DNA of 64,000 nucleotides from Methanobrevibacter sp. (lineage in GTDB: Archaea > Methanobacteriota > Methanobacteria > Methanobacteriales > Methanobacteriaceae): assembly GCF_045130115.1 (NCBI RefSeq), contig NZ_JBGUPC010000036.1:12180-76179 (forward strand), read 5' to 3'. The notes beneath the pieces are model-generated. The model was not told where the DNA came from. It worked only from the letters and a program-made list of their open reading frames with translations, and did no database searches. Below are positions 20,241 to 30,666 of this stretch, in pieces. Both the position numbers and the translations under genes were made by a program. How positions within the stretch are numbered: position 1 is the first letter of the stretch; the number at the start of each line of letters is the position of its first letter.

Positions 20241-23096
20241 TTATTCCATAAAGATTGCAGGTTTGTAAGGCATTGCGTTTTTAGCCTTGTTTTGTGGGTC
20301 GTATGAGTCATCGGTGTGGATAATTACTTCATTGCCGCTTTCCTCTTTGATGTAGTCAAGTGCATCGGTTAAGATTTCCTCTTCGTTGATCTTGCCGATG
20401 TAGCGGGTTTTGGTTATTTCCTTACCGATTTTTTTGGCCACCATTGCTATTTCCTTTTTGTCGTCATAGATATTGGCGCCGATGGCTCTTCCCATAATCT
20501 GGCCGATGTCAGGTTTTCCTACTTCATCAGCTATTTTGTAAAGGTCCCATTTCCAGTCAGGGGCAAGGTAGATGTGAATCTTTTCAACTTCATCTCCAAC
20601 CATCTGCTTGATGTGGGCGATATCCTTGATGATGTTTTCAACCAGTGACTCTGCCTTTTCGATTTTTATATCCATAAGGCTTTCGTCAGCTTCAGGCCAG
20701 CTGGACTGGCTTACAAATCCTTCTCCACCATATTTGGACCATAATTCCTCACAGGTGTGTGGAGTGAATGGTGCTAAAAGCCTGATCCATGCTTCAAGGA
20801 CAGTTGACAGCACGTAAATTACTGCAGGGTCCTGTGCATCGATTATGTGTTTTACACGGTACAGGTAGTGGTCAACATCCTTTTTAAGAAGGAACAGTGA
20901 ATCCTGTAATGCCTGTCTTGTCTGGAAGACTTCCAAAGCTTCTGTTGCATTTTTGATGTGTTCGTTTAGCTGGCTTATCATCCATAAGTCAATGGTACGG
21001 GTCAGTTCCACCTCTTCAATGTTGCTTAAGTTTAATGGTGAACCTTTAATCTCTTCGACTCTTGCTGCAAATTCCCTGAACCATTCAAGTCTTCTTTTGG
21101 TTCCAAGAACTTCCTTTTCCCTCCAGTCGAAGTCCTGCCATGGTTCTGCGGAAGCCATCAGGAAGAGCCTTACGACATCAGCGGTGTAGTCCCTGATTGC
21201 ATCTTTTAAGAGGATGACGTTACCTTTGGATGATGACATCTTGTTCCCTTCCAGAAGTCCCATACCGAACACTACGGTTCCTTGAGGCCATTTTTCTTTT
21301 GGATAGATTGCACTGTGGGCAAACATCAAAAAGCTCAGGTGGTTACCTACCAGGTCCTTTGCGGACAGTCTCCAGTCTAATGGGTACCAGTAGTTGAATT
21401 CATCCTGAATTTCCTGTACTTTTTCTGCAGGAACGGTAATTTCGCCTGAATCCTTGTTCAATAAAACTTTGTCAAAGAATGCAGGGGTCAAATCATCCGG
21501 ATTCATGTCTTTTAGGTATTTTGCAATTGCATAATAGGACATGTAGATTGTAGAATCGGTCAATGGCTCGATCAGCCATTGGTTGTCCCATGGAAGTCTG
21601 GTTCCAAGTCCCACTTTTCTGGAACATGCCCAATCATCCAGCCAATTGATGTAATAGTCAAAATTATTTTTGATTTCCTTTGGAATGATGGTTTCGCCTT
21701 CAAGCACTTCCAAGGTCTTTTCGGTCCATTCCTCATTTCCGTATTTCATGAACCATTGGTCATCCATGATTTTGACGACACAGTTGTTTCCGCATCTGCA
21801 CACTACAGGCCTTTCGGCAAAGTCATACATGATTGTTGCCATGTTTTCGGCTATTAATTTCTCTTTAAGCTCTTCACGTGCAAAGCGAACTTTCATTCCA
21901 CCAAAGTCAGGAATGGATTCGATGATTGTACCTTTGCTGTGCTGCTGCTTGTACAGCTCATTGGTGGCTTCATGCAGCTTTTCATCGTTTTGGTCAGTAA
22001 TTCCTAATCTTTCGATGATGTCTGCTGCAGGGATTTCCCCATAGCCCTTAAGGGTACATACCGGAATAGGTTCCACGTTTTCAATGATGCCTCCTAAATT
22101 GTATTTGGCTATCATTTCATCGTTTTTCTTCAAGTCCTGAAGTGCAATGTAGTCTGCAGGTGCATCTGCAGGTTCGGAAAATACGACACCGCTTCCGTAG
22201 GATGCGCTAACAAAGCTTGCAGGGAAAATTGGCAGTTCGTCTCCGGTGAATGGATTTTTAGCCATTTTTCCTATTAATTCATTAGGGTCAATTTCAGATA
22301 TGATGTCCAAATCCTTGATTTGGTTGGATAAATTATAGTGAGCTTCTTTTGTAATTACCCATTTTTCGCCTTCGGCATTAACCAAGACATATTCGACATC
22401 AGGGTTCAGCCAGATGTTTGTTGCTCCAACTATGGTTTCAGGCCTAAGGGTTGCGGTAACTAAAATCTTATCTTCAATTGGGAATTTCAATAGTGTCAGT
22501 TCATTGACGCCTACTCCTTCACCTTCGAGCAGATCGTGGTCTCCAACAGGGTTGTCACAGTTCGGACAGTATTTTACAGGGTGCTCTCCTTTCTGAACCA
22601 ATCCCTTTTCATATAATGTGGTTATCTGCCATTCGATGAATTTTCTGTAGGTCGGGTCGATTGTTCTGAATTCCCTTCTCCAGTCGATTGAATATCCCAT
22701 TTCATCCATCACTTCATGGTATTCTGTTGAGAAGTATTTCACAATGTATTCAGGGTCTTCAAGTTTTGGCAATGTTTCTTTTGGAACTCCGTGGACCCTG
22801 TGGTACAAATCAAGTGTCCAAGGGTCTTTTCTTTGAATCCTGTCAGCTATTCCGATAACCGGTGCACCGGTAACGTGCCAAGCCATTGGGAACAATACGT
22901 TGTAGCCTTCCATTCTTTTGAACCTTGCATAAACATCAGGCACGGTATAAGTACGGCCGTGGCCTATGTGCATTGCTCCACTAGGGTATGGAAAAGCAAC
23001 GGTAAGGTATAGTTTTTCTCGTTCGTCAGGGTTTGATTCAAACAGTTTTGCATCAGCCCATTTCTTCTGCCATTTCTTTTCAATATTTTCGCTCAC
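20241..23096 (-). CDS. leuS: Leucine--tRNA ligase (archaeal type)
   Basis: [30 protein letters not shown] start after GGTGA. Confidence 0.98.
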   Translation of the reverse strand: MSENIEKKWQKKWADAKLFESNPDEREKLYLTVAFPYPSGAMHIGHGRTYTVPDVYARFKRMEGYNVLFPMAWHVTGAPVIGIADRIQRKDPWTLDLYHRVHGVPKETLPKLEDPEYIVKYFSTEYHEVMDEMGYSIDWRREFRTIDPTYRKFIEWQITTLYEKGLVQKGEHPVKYCPNCDNPVGDHDLLEGEGVGVNELTLLKFPIEDKILVTATLRPETIVGATNIWLNPDVEYVLVNAEGEKWVITKEAHYNLSNQIKDLDIISEIDPNELIGKMAKNPFTGDELPIFPASFVSASYGSGVVFSEPADAPADYIALQDLKKNDEMIAKYNLGGIIENVEPIPVCTLKGYGEIPAADIIERLGITDQNDEKLHEATNELYKQQHSKGTIIESIPDFGGMKVRFAREELKEKLIAENMATIMYDFAERPVVCRCGNNCVVKIMDDQWFMKYGNEEWTEKTLEVLEGETIIPKEIKNNFDYYINWLDDWACSRKVGLGTRLPWDNQWLIEPLTDSTIYMSYYAIAKYLKDMNPDDLTPAFFDKVLLNKDSGEITVPAEKVQEIQDEFNYWYPLDWRLSAKDLVGNHLSFLMFAHSAIYPKEKWPQGTVVFGMGLLEGNKMSSSKGNVILLKDAIRDYTADVVRLFLMASAEPWQDFDWREKEVLGTKRRLEWFREFAARVEEIKGSPLNLSNIEEVELTRTIDLWMISQLNEHIKNATEALEVFQTRQALQDSLFLLKKDVDHYLYRVKHIIDAQDPAVIYVLSTVLEAWIRLLAPFTPHTCEELWSKYGGEGFVSQSSWPEADESLMDIKIEKAESLVENIIKDIAHIKQMVGDEVEKIHIYLAPDWKWDLYKIADEVGKPDIGQIMGRAIGANIYDDKKEIAMVAKKIGKEITKTRYIGKINEEEILTDALDYIKEESGNEVIIHTDDSYDPQNKAKNAMPYKPAIFME

Positions 23097-23106
23097 TAAA
23101 TCACCA

Positions 23107-23892
23107 TTATAATATTTTTTTAGGAATTTCAGGAACTTTGCTTTTGTGTTCGCTCCTAATTATTTTATTGATAATCATATTAACGTCATCAACTGAAATG
23201 TCAAGTTTTTCAGCTATTTGGGTATTTTTCATATCCTTTTCAGTAAAGAGATATAGGATTTCATCAAGCAAATCGTAACTCATTCCAATTTCTTCCTCAT
23301 CGCTCTGGTTTTCCCAGAGGCCTGCCCTTGGAGGCTTTTTGATGATTTCCTCTTGGATGTTCAGGTATTCGCTTAACTTGTAAACTTCACTCTTGTATAG
23401 GTCTCCAATCGGTTCCATGTCGCACGCGCCATCTCCATGCTTTGTGAAATAACCAATCAGAATTTCGCTTCTGTTACCTGTTCCGCTGACAAGGTAGTTT
23501 TTAGCGTTTGCATAATAATAAATGATTGACATTCTGATTCTTGCTTTGAGATTTCCTATTGCAAGACTATCCTCTTCAAGCTGTGTCAGGCATAAATATT
23601 CATTCAGAATGCTGTCGATAGCTATTTCTCTGTATTCGATACCTAATCTTTGCGCTATTTCGATTCCATGAACAGTGTCTTCAGCAGGTGTTGTAGCGGA
23701 CGGCATGACAATTCCAAATACATTGTCATTTCCAACTGCTTCGCATGCAAGATAGGCTATCAATGTCGAATCGATTCCTCCGCTCAAGCCGACTACAATC
23801 CCGTCGGTTTTAGACTCGGATACTTTTGATTTGATGAATTCAACAATTGTGTCCTTTGTTTTTTTGCAGTTTATTTCCGGAATTTCGCTAAT
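23107..23892 (-). CDS. nadE: NH3-dependent NAD+ synthetase; probable ATT start
   Basis: [44 protein letters not shown]; frame extends 35 codons upstream of the track start to ATT preceded by GGTGA. Confidence 0.93.
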   Translation of the reverse strand: MSEIPEINCKKTKDTIVEFIKSKVSESKTDGIVVGLSGGIDSTLIAYLACEAVGNDNVFGIVMPSATTPAEDTVHGIEIAQRLGIEYREIAIDSILNEYLCLTQLEEDSLAIGNLKARIRMSIIYYYANAKNYLVSGTGNRSEILIGYFTKHGDGACDMEPIGDLYKSEVYKLSEYLNIQEEIIKKPPRAGLWENQSDEEEIGMSYDLLDEILYLFTEKDMKNTQIAEKLDISVDDVNMIINKIIRSEHKSKVPEIPKKIL

Positions 23893-23956
23893 GATTTCAC
23901 CAGCCTAATCATCTATACAATAAATAATATGTACTTATTAATTTATATATTATATC

Positions 23957-24352
23957 ATGTCCGATGTAGAACTATTTTGTGAGAAATCATTTTCCTGTGC
24001 AGACCAGGAAATCGTTGATAGCTTTGTCGAGTTTCAAAATGCATTGATTGAGGCAGACATCGAAAAGTTGGATGAAATCCTTTCAGATGATTTCAGACTC
24101 ACTCAGGCTCCAAACAGGTCTCAGGATAAAAAGGAATTCATCTCTGAGATTGGTGACGGGTCCATGGATTTTTCAAAATCCGATATAATGGATCCTACAA
24201 TACTGTTTGATGATGATGAGTCTGCTTCCTTGATATCCAAAGTCAGATTGACTGCCAAGGTCTACGGCAGGGAACTGAGATGGATTTCCGATACTGTGGC
24301 CAATTTTAGAAAAACAGATGGAATCTGGCATGTTGTCGGATGGGACAGCTAA
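23957..24352 (+). CDS. NTF2-like / DUF4440 family protein
   Basis: D...LDEILSDDF..., K.EFI, C-terminal F.K.DG.W. Confidence 0.75.
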   Translation: MSDVELFCEKSFSCADQEIVDSFVEFQNALIEADIEKLDEILSDDFRLTQAPNRSQDKKEFISEIGDGSMDFSKSDIMDPTILFDDDESASLISKVRLTAKVYGRELRWISDTVANFRKTDGIWHVVGWDS

Positions 24353-24399
24353 TTTTAAAAAAATAATAATTGAGGAAAAAATTCCTCATAATTTCTATC

Positions 24400-25995
24400 T
24401 TATTTTAAGACAAATCTTTTAAGGCCGATAATACTTAGGATTATGGCTATTATATAACCTATTAATGAAATTAAAGGCATATCAAATACCATCGGTCCGA
24501 ATGAAACGACTGAAGATCCGATTATAAGTGCGGAGATTAATGCGACTATTGTAACCTTATCGGTAATGTCGACTTCAAACCTGAATTGCAACTCTTCATT
24601 GTCGATTTTGTGGATTGTCCTTGTGAGAAGTTTTGGCAGGGACTGAAGCATATGTTCATATAGGATGAGGTTGCTTTTTTTGCCTTTTAACATCTGCTTA
24701 GGGCTGAGCCTTTGTTTTGCAATTTGTTTTGCAACAGGTTTGATTGATGCGAAAACATCGATTTCAGGGTCAAGATTGTGGGCAATTGCTTCAATCATTG
24801 ACAGGCCTCTTGCCATGGTAACGACTTCATTAGGAAGAATCACGCCATATTCCTGCATAAGGCTTAGAAGTGCCTCTAAAACTCCATCGAAACGGTTCAG
24901 CTGCACACCGAAGTACCTTCCGAAGAGGTCATTGAGATCCCTTCTTAAGGAAGATGTGTCAATGTCATAATCCAATATGTCCATGTACATCAGCTGATTT
25001 ATCAGTCCGTCAACGTCCTGGTCCATGAACAGCAATATCACTTCGGAAAGGTCATGCTTGAATTTTTCATCGAAGAATCCCATCATACCCAAATCAAGAT
25101 AGCACACTACGTTGTCTTCAAGAATCATCACGTTTCCCGGATGCGGGTCTCCATGGAAAAATCCGTCTATGAACAGCTGTTGGAGATATGAGTCAAGGAC
25201 ATTTTTTGCCAAGAGTTTTTTGTCGAACTTATCGCTGGTGCTTTCATACACGTCATTTAATTTGGTACCCTCAATGAATTCCATTGTCAATACTTTTGAG
25301 GAACAATATTTGGCGTAGGTGGCCGGAATGTGTATGGCTGGATTTTCAACGAAATTCATTTCAATGCGTTGCATGTTCATGAATTCATTGTTGTAATCGA
25401 TTTCCTTATGAATTGAACGGTCAAACTCGTCCATTATTCCCGGAAGGTTAAGTTTCCTGAGATTTGCATTCAATTTGTCAGTACGGTTGGCAATATATTT
25501 CAATATCCTTATGTCAAGGTCAATCTTGTCGGTGATGCCTTCTTTTTGGATTTTGACTGCAACTCTTTCACCGGTAATCAATCTTGCTTCATGAACCTGT
25601 CCGATGGATGCGGTAGCTAAATGGTCATGTTTAAATTCTTCGAAAAGCTCATCAATGTTTCCATTAAGTTCCCTTTCGACTATTGCCTTGACCTGCTCGT
25701 ATGTTATTGCCGGATTGTCGTCCTGCAGATTTGCAAGCTCCTCCGCAATCCTTTCCCCAACGATATCAGGTCTTGTACTTAACAGTTGGCCAAATTTGAT
25801 GAATGTGGTTCCCAATTCCTGAAGCATCAATCTTAGCTTTACGGGAATTTCATCATCCAGCAAAAGTTCATTGGCTGCAGCATCGTCTTTTCCGCGTATT
25901 TTGTTTTTTGCGGTTTGGCCCAAAATTTTATCGAAGCCATATTTTTTTACGGCTGCTCTAATTTCGCCCAAACGTTCTTTAGTTTCCTTATCCAT
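24400..25995 (-). CDS. AarF/ABC1/UbiB family atypical kinase
   Basis: LGTTFIKFGQLLSTRPD, ATASIGQVH, VAVKIQ, FFHGDPHPGN, LDLGM; C-terminal TM helices. Confidence 0.93.
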   Translation of the reverse strand: MDKETKERLGEIRAAVKKYGFDKILGQTAKNKIRGKDDAAANELLLDDEIPVKLRLMLQELGTTFIKFGQLLSTRPDIVGERIAEELANLQDDNPAITYEQVKAIVERELNGNIDELFEEFKHDHLATASIGQVHEARLITGERVAVKIQKEGITDKIDLDIRILKYIANRTDKLNANLRKLNLPGIMDEFDRSIHKEIDYNNEFMNMQRIEMNFVENPAIHIPATYAKYCSSKVLTMEFIEGTKLNDVYESTSDKFDKKLLAKNVLDSYLQQLFIDGFFHGDPHPGNVMILEDNVVCYLDLGMMGFFDEKFKHDLSEVILLFMDQDVDGLINQLMYMDILDYDIDTSSLRRDLNDLFGRYFGVQLNRFDGVLEALLSLMQEYGVILPNEVVTMARGLSMIEAIAHNLDPEIDVFASIKPVAKQIAKQRLSPKQMLKGKKSNLILYEHMLQSLPKLLTRTIHKIDNEELQFRFEVDITDKVTIVALISALIIGSSVVSFGPMVFDMPLISLIGYIIAIILSIIGLKRFVLK

Positions 25996-26011
25996 TATAT
26001 CACGTTACTAT

Positions 26012-26509
26012 TTAACTTTCAACGATACTTGATGCAAAGAATGTTATTCCTTCCATAATAAGACATATTCCTACAAGGATTGCAGTATATAACGGCTGTG
26101 CGATTGAAAATGTTGCTAAGAAGAATGCCACTATACCTAAGATTAAAATCAATATTGAGGTAATTCTTGATATTGAATTGAATCCGAAAAAGATACCTGC
26201 AATACCTGCAAATATCATTACAAATGCAATCAAATAGAATATGTATCCAACAAGGAATGATAATGCGTCTATTTCATAAATAAACAATATTCCGAATAGT
26301 ATTGCACAGATACCAAGCAATATCTTGATTGCTGAAACGTGGGCCATCATGCTCCACACTGAAAATCCGTCAATAATTGAAGCAAATCCGAATGCTATCA
26401 GGCAGATTCCTGCGATCCATGATACAGCTGCTGCGCTGTACATTGGGTAAACTATGAAAAGCAAACCCAATATTATAAATATAATTCCGAGTAATTTCCT
26501 ATAGTCCAT
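26012..26509 (-). CDS. DUF308/HdeD-like membrane protein
   Basis: About six hydrophobic helices with repeated GI..I..G pattern; 16 bp upstream of the kinase on the same strand. Confidence 0.7.
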   Translation of the reverse strand: MDYRKLLGIIFIILGLLFIVYPMYSAAAVSWIAGICLIAFGFASIIDGFSVWSMMAHVSAIKILLGICAILFGILFIYEIDALSFLVGYIFYLIAFVMIFAGIAGIFFGFNSISRITSILILILGIVAFFLATFSIAQPLYTAILVGICLIMEGITFFASSIVES

Positions 26510-26814
26510 AATTAAATCACCTTTTTATATATGTATATATTTTTTGTGTCACCACTATTAAATTTTAAGTTAAATTCTTAAATTATGGAAAGTATCCATT
26601 AAAAGTAAAAAAATAATATAAGCATGTTACTGTTTGATTGCTTTGTATTTTGTTCATGATTAAGTTCTTTAATTGACACTTATAAATGATTTTTAAAGAG
26701 ATTTAAATATTGAAACATTGAAATGGTAATATAAGTTACCTGAACTTTGGGTTTGAGGGACATTCTTGAGATTAGTTAAATGCCTAGGGTCAGGGATATA
26801 AAGGAAATGAGAGT

Positions 26815-27229
26815 ATGAGTGTGAATAATGATCAAAATCAAACAATAAAGGAAAAGATTAGAATGGCTTTTTCATTATCGGAGGATTCCGCTTCTCATGA
26901 GGAGATTAAGGAACGTCTTTTGGATGGTGGAAAAATCACTGGAACCAACGTGTGTGCTTGTATGTGCGATGATAATCGCTTCTGTCGGTCTAAATATGAG
27001 TTCGACTGCAGTAATTATCGGGGCAATGCTGATTTCGCCTATAATGGGCGGCATTCTTGCTTCCGCATATGGAAATGTGTCAGCGGATTATTCGCTATTT
27101 ACAAACCATATGATTGGCTTTGGAATGCAGATTGTGATAAGTGTAGCTGCAGCTTCAATTTACTTTTTCCTCTCTCCGGTCAAGGAGCCGACTGTTGAAT
27201 TGCTTGCAAGAACATCCCCAACTTTTTAT
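26815..27229 (+). pseudogene. DUF389 (TIGR00341-like) membrane protein pseudogene, frameshifted and 3'-truncated
   Basis: Frame 1 gives ..EEIKERLLDGGKITGTNV, frame 2 continues CVLVCAMIIASVGLNMSSTAVIIGAMLISPIMG..ELLARTSPTFY; shift at GTGTGTG 26950-26956; family-like sequence stops at 27229. Confidence 0.8.
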
Positions 27230-27292
27230 TTAACCATTATTAAGTGAAAATAATTCAGGAATCCCCATCTTCTATAGGATGGGGTGGTTCAA
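27230..27292 (+). mobile_element. IS200/IS605-family right-end remnant
   Basis: GAAT (27259-62) + CCCCATC/GATGGGG hairpin (27263-84) + terminal TCAA (27289-92); preceded by TTTAT at the DUF389 breakpoint. Confidence 0.7.
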
Positions 27293-27312
27293 CTATCATA
27301 GTAAGCATATAA

Positions 27313-27365
27313 TGGTCAATTATCTGACCACATATTTATATATTATGTGGTCAAATATTTAACCA
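27313..27365 (+). promoter_or_regulatory. TATA box flanked by two palindromic operators TGGTCA-N6-TRACCA
   Basis: TGGTCAattatcTGACCA 27313-30, TTTATATA ~27335-42, TGGTCAaatattTAACCA 27348-65. Confidence 0.7.
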
Positions 27366-27400
27366 ATAGATTAAATATTTTTTCCGGGATGTGGTTTTAA

Positions 27401-28852
27401 ATGTATGAAAAAGAAGAAATCATCAGTGATTATATTAAAGAAGAATTATATGATGTACCTAATATTTTAGATAATGAATTAACATTGGAAGGTAGAAGTT
27501 TTGAACATAGAAAAGAGTTTGAATTTATTAAACATCATATTGATGAGTTTTTAGAAAAAACAACCAATAACCGTTATTTTGCACTTCCCGGCTTAAGAGG
27601 TGTCGGGAAAACAACATTACTATATCAAACCTATGAATACCTGTTCAAATCCAAAAACATCAATCCCAATCAGATACTGTTCATTTCATGCGAAAACCTA
27701 AATGACATAATGGATTTTAAAATCATAGATGTTGTAAAACAGTTTTTAGAAACCTACCACAACACAACCCTAAGAAGACTGGACAAAAAGATATTCCTGC
27801 TCATTGATGAATCACAGTATGACAAGAGCTGGGCATTGTCCGGAAAGAGGATATATGACAGAACCAAAAACATATTCATGATCTTCACCGGCTCATCAGC
27901 ACTGAACCTTGAATACGATGCAGACTCAGCAAGAAGACTTCTAAAAGAAAACATCACTCCACTAAACTACAATCAGCACCTGAAACTGAAATACAACTAC
28001 AATGCAGCCAACGCTTCAGCATCCCTCAAAAAATTAATTTTCCAAGGCGACATAACCGATGCAGTCGCTTGCGAGCAACAGATAAATCAGGATTTAATCA
28101 ACATCAACGGCTATTCAACAACGGAATGGGATGAATTTTTAAAATATGGTGGATTTCCAACATCACTATTTGAAACCAACCGCCATATAATCTGCAAAAA
28201 CATAACCGGAATGATAAAAAAGGTAATATCACATGATATGGGAGCAATATCATCAATAACCACGGCCAGCCAAACACACGCCAACCGTCTATTGAGATTT
28301 CTTGCACTGCAAAAGCCGGGAGACATTTCCCAGGAAAAAATGGGAACATATCTTGGAACATCCAAAGGTAATGTAAGAAACATTCTTGACATTCTTGAAA
28401 AAACACGCCTGATATTTCATTGTGAACCACATATTGCATCACCTAAAAGATCTATCAAGTCATGGGAGTATTTCTTTGCAACATCAAGCATAAAACATAT
28501 CCTGACATCATCAATAGGCAATCTCCATTCAAATAAAAAGGCATATCTTGGAGTTCTACTTGAAAATCTTGTGGCATCAACATTATTCTACCTGAGCAAT
28601 GAGGAGGGAAACTATTTCACATTATATTATGATCCGGAAGACAAGACCAATGTCGATTTTGTAATTCAGGGCGAATTCCAAAAGGCAATACCTATAGAAG
28701 TGAGCATGGGCAAAAAGAAGAAAAGACAAATTGCTCAAGCAATCGAACGTTACAACGCTGATTATGGAATAATAATTTCAAATACAACTAAAACAATAGC
28801 TAAAAAAGATAATATTATTTATCTGCCTCCAAAAACATTCTCATTTTTATAA
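27401..28852 (+). CDS. AAA+ ATPase, AAA_14 + DUF4143 family
   Basis: GLRGVGKT, LLIDESQ, IFTGSS, YGGFP, LENLV, C-terminal VDFVI..IPIEV PD-(D/E)XK-like domain. Confidence 0.88.
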   Translation: MYEKEEIISDYIKEELYDVPNILDNELTLEGRSFEHRKEFEFIKHHIDEFLEKTTNNRYFALPGLRGVGKTTLLYQTYEYLFKSKNINPNQILFISCENLNDIMDFKIIDVVKQFLETYHNTTLRRLDKKIFLLIDESQYDKSWALSGKRIYDRTKNIFMIFTGSSALNLEYDADSARRLLKENITPLNYNQHLKLKYNYNAANASASLKKLIFQGDITDAVACEQQINQDLININGYSTTEWDEFLKYGGFPTSLFETNRHIICKNITGMIKKVISHDMGAISSITTASQTHANRLLRFLALQKPGDISQEKMGTYLGTSKGNVRNILDILEKTRLIFHCEPHIASPKRSIKSWEYFFATSSIKHILTSSIGNLHSNKKAYLGVLLENLVASTLFYLSNEEGNYFTLYYDPEDKTNVDFVIQGEFQKAIPIEVSMGKKKKRQIAQAIERYNADYGIIISNTTKTIAKKDNIIYLPPKTFSFL

Positions 28853-29141
28853 AATGAGTATTTTCAGATGGCAAATAGTAATTTAACATTTTTAGGGCTT
28901 TAAATTTGATAATTGGGAAAATGTTTTTTTTCCCAATCATGCCTTTAGGCTGTCAATATCTGCGGTAGTCCGCTCAGTTCACTTTTAAGTTCATTTATGG
29001 TGGTGGTGAATTGAGTAAAAGTTCAACTTGTGCAAAAATTTCACATGTTCAAAAAGAGGGGATTGTGAAGTAAAAAGACAAACAATATTTTACTAACAAC
29101 TAACTTTATATACTATAAGAAATTAAAGTTACAATTAGTAA

Positions 29142-30188
<1,047 letters not shown>

Positions 30189-30217
30189 AAAAAATTAAAA
30201 GTTAAAAATTTTAACTT

Positions 30218-30559
30218 TTAATCACTATTTTTTCTTAAAACCCAACTAATCAGCTCGACAATCAATATTAGGAATATGAATATTGCAGAGTCAATAAATA
30301 ATGCTTTATGGTAGAATGTCTCGTAAATAAACGACACTGCAAAACAGATAATGAAAATTATTGATATGGCCCTGAATATCTTGCTGATTTTCTCATTTTC
30401 ATATTTCTGTTTGAATTTTAAAAGTATTGCAATTATTATTACTCCTAAGAGCAGTGCTCCAAACATTAAATGAGCAACAATCGGGATTTTTAAAGCTACT
30501 GAACATATGATGTATGCTATTATTATAATTATTCCAAATATTAACTCACTTTTCTCCAT
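30218..30559 (-). CDS. Small 4-TM hypothetical membrane protein
   Basis: GGAG SD before ATG; four hydrophobic segments; very AT-rich. Confidence 0.7.
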   Translation of the reverse strand: MEKSELIFGIIIIIAYIICSVALKIPIVAHLMFGALLLGVIIIAILLKFKQKYENEKISKIFRAISIIFIICFAVSFIYETFYHKALFIDSAIFIFLILIVELISWVLRKNSD

Positions 30560-30666
30560 TTTATTTCTCCTTTAAACTTTTAACAATGTAATATATTTTT
30601 GATATTTATTATATTTTTTTTCATTCTAAAAAAAGTTAAAATAAGATTATTTTAACTTTTCTTTCC

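Noticed and set aside
23107..23787. nadE as a 5'-truncated pseudogene
   Set aside because: The missing N-terminus is intact and in frame upstream with a correctly spaced SD
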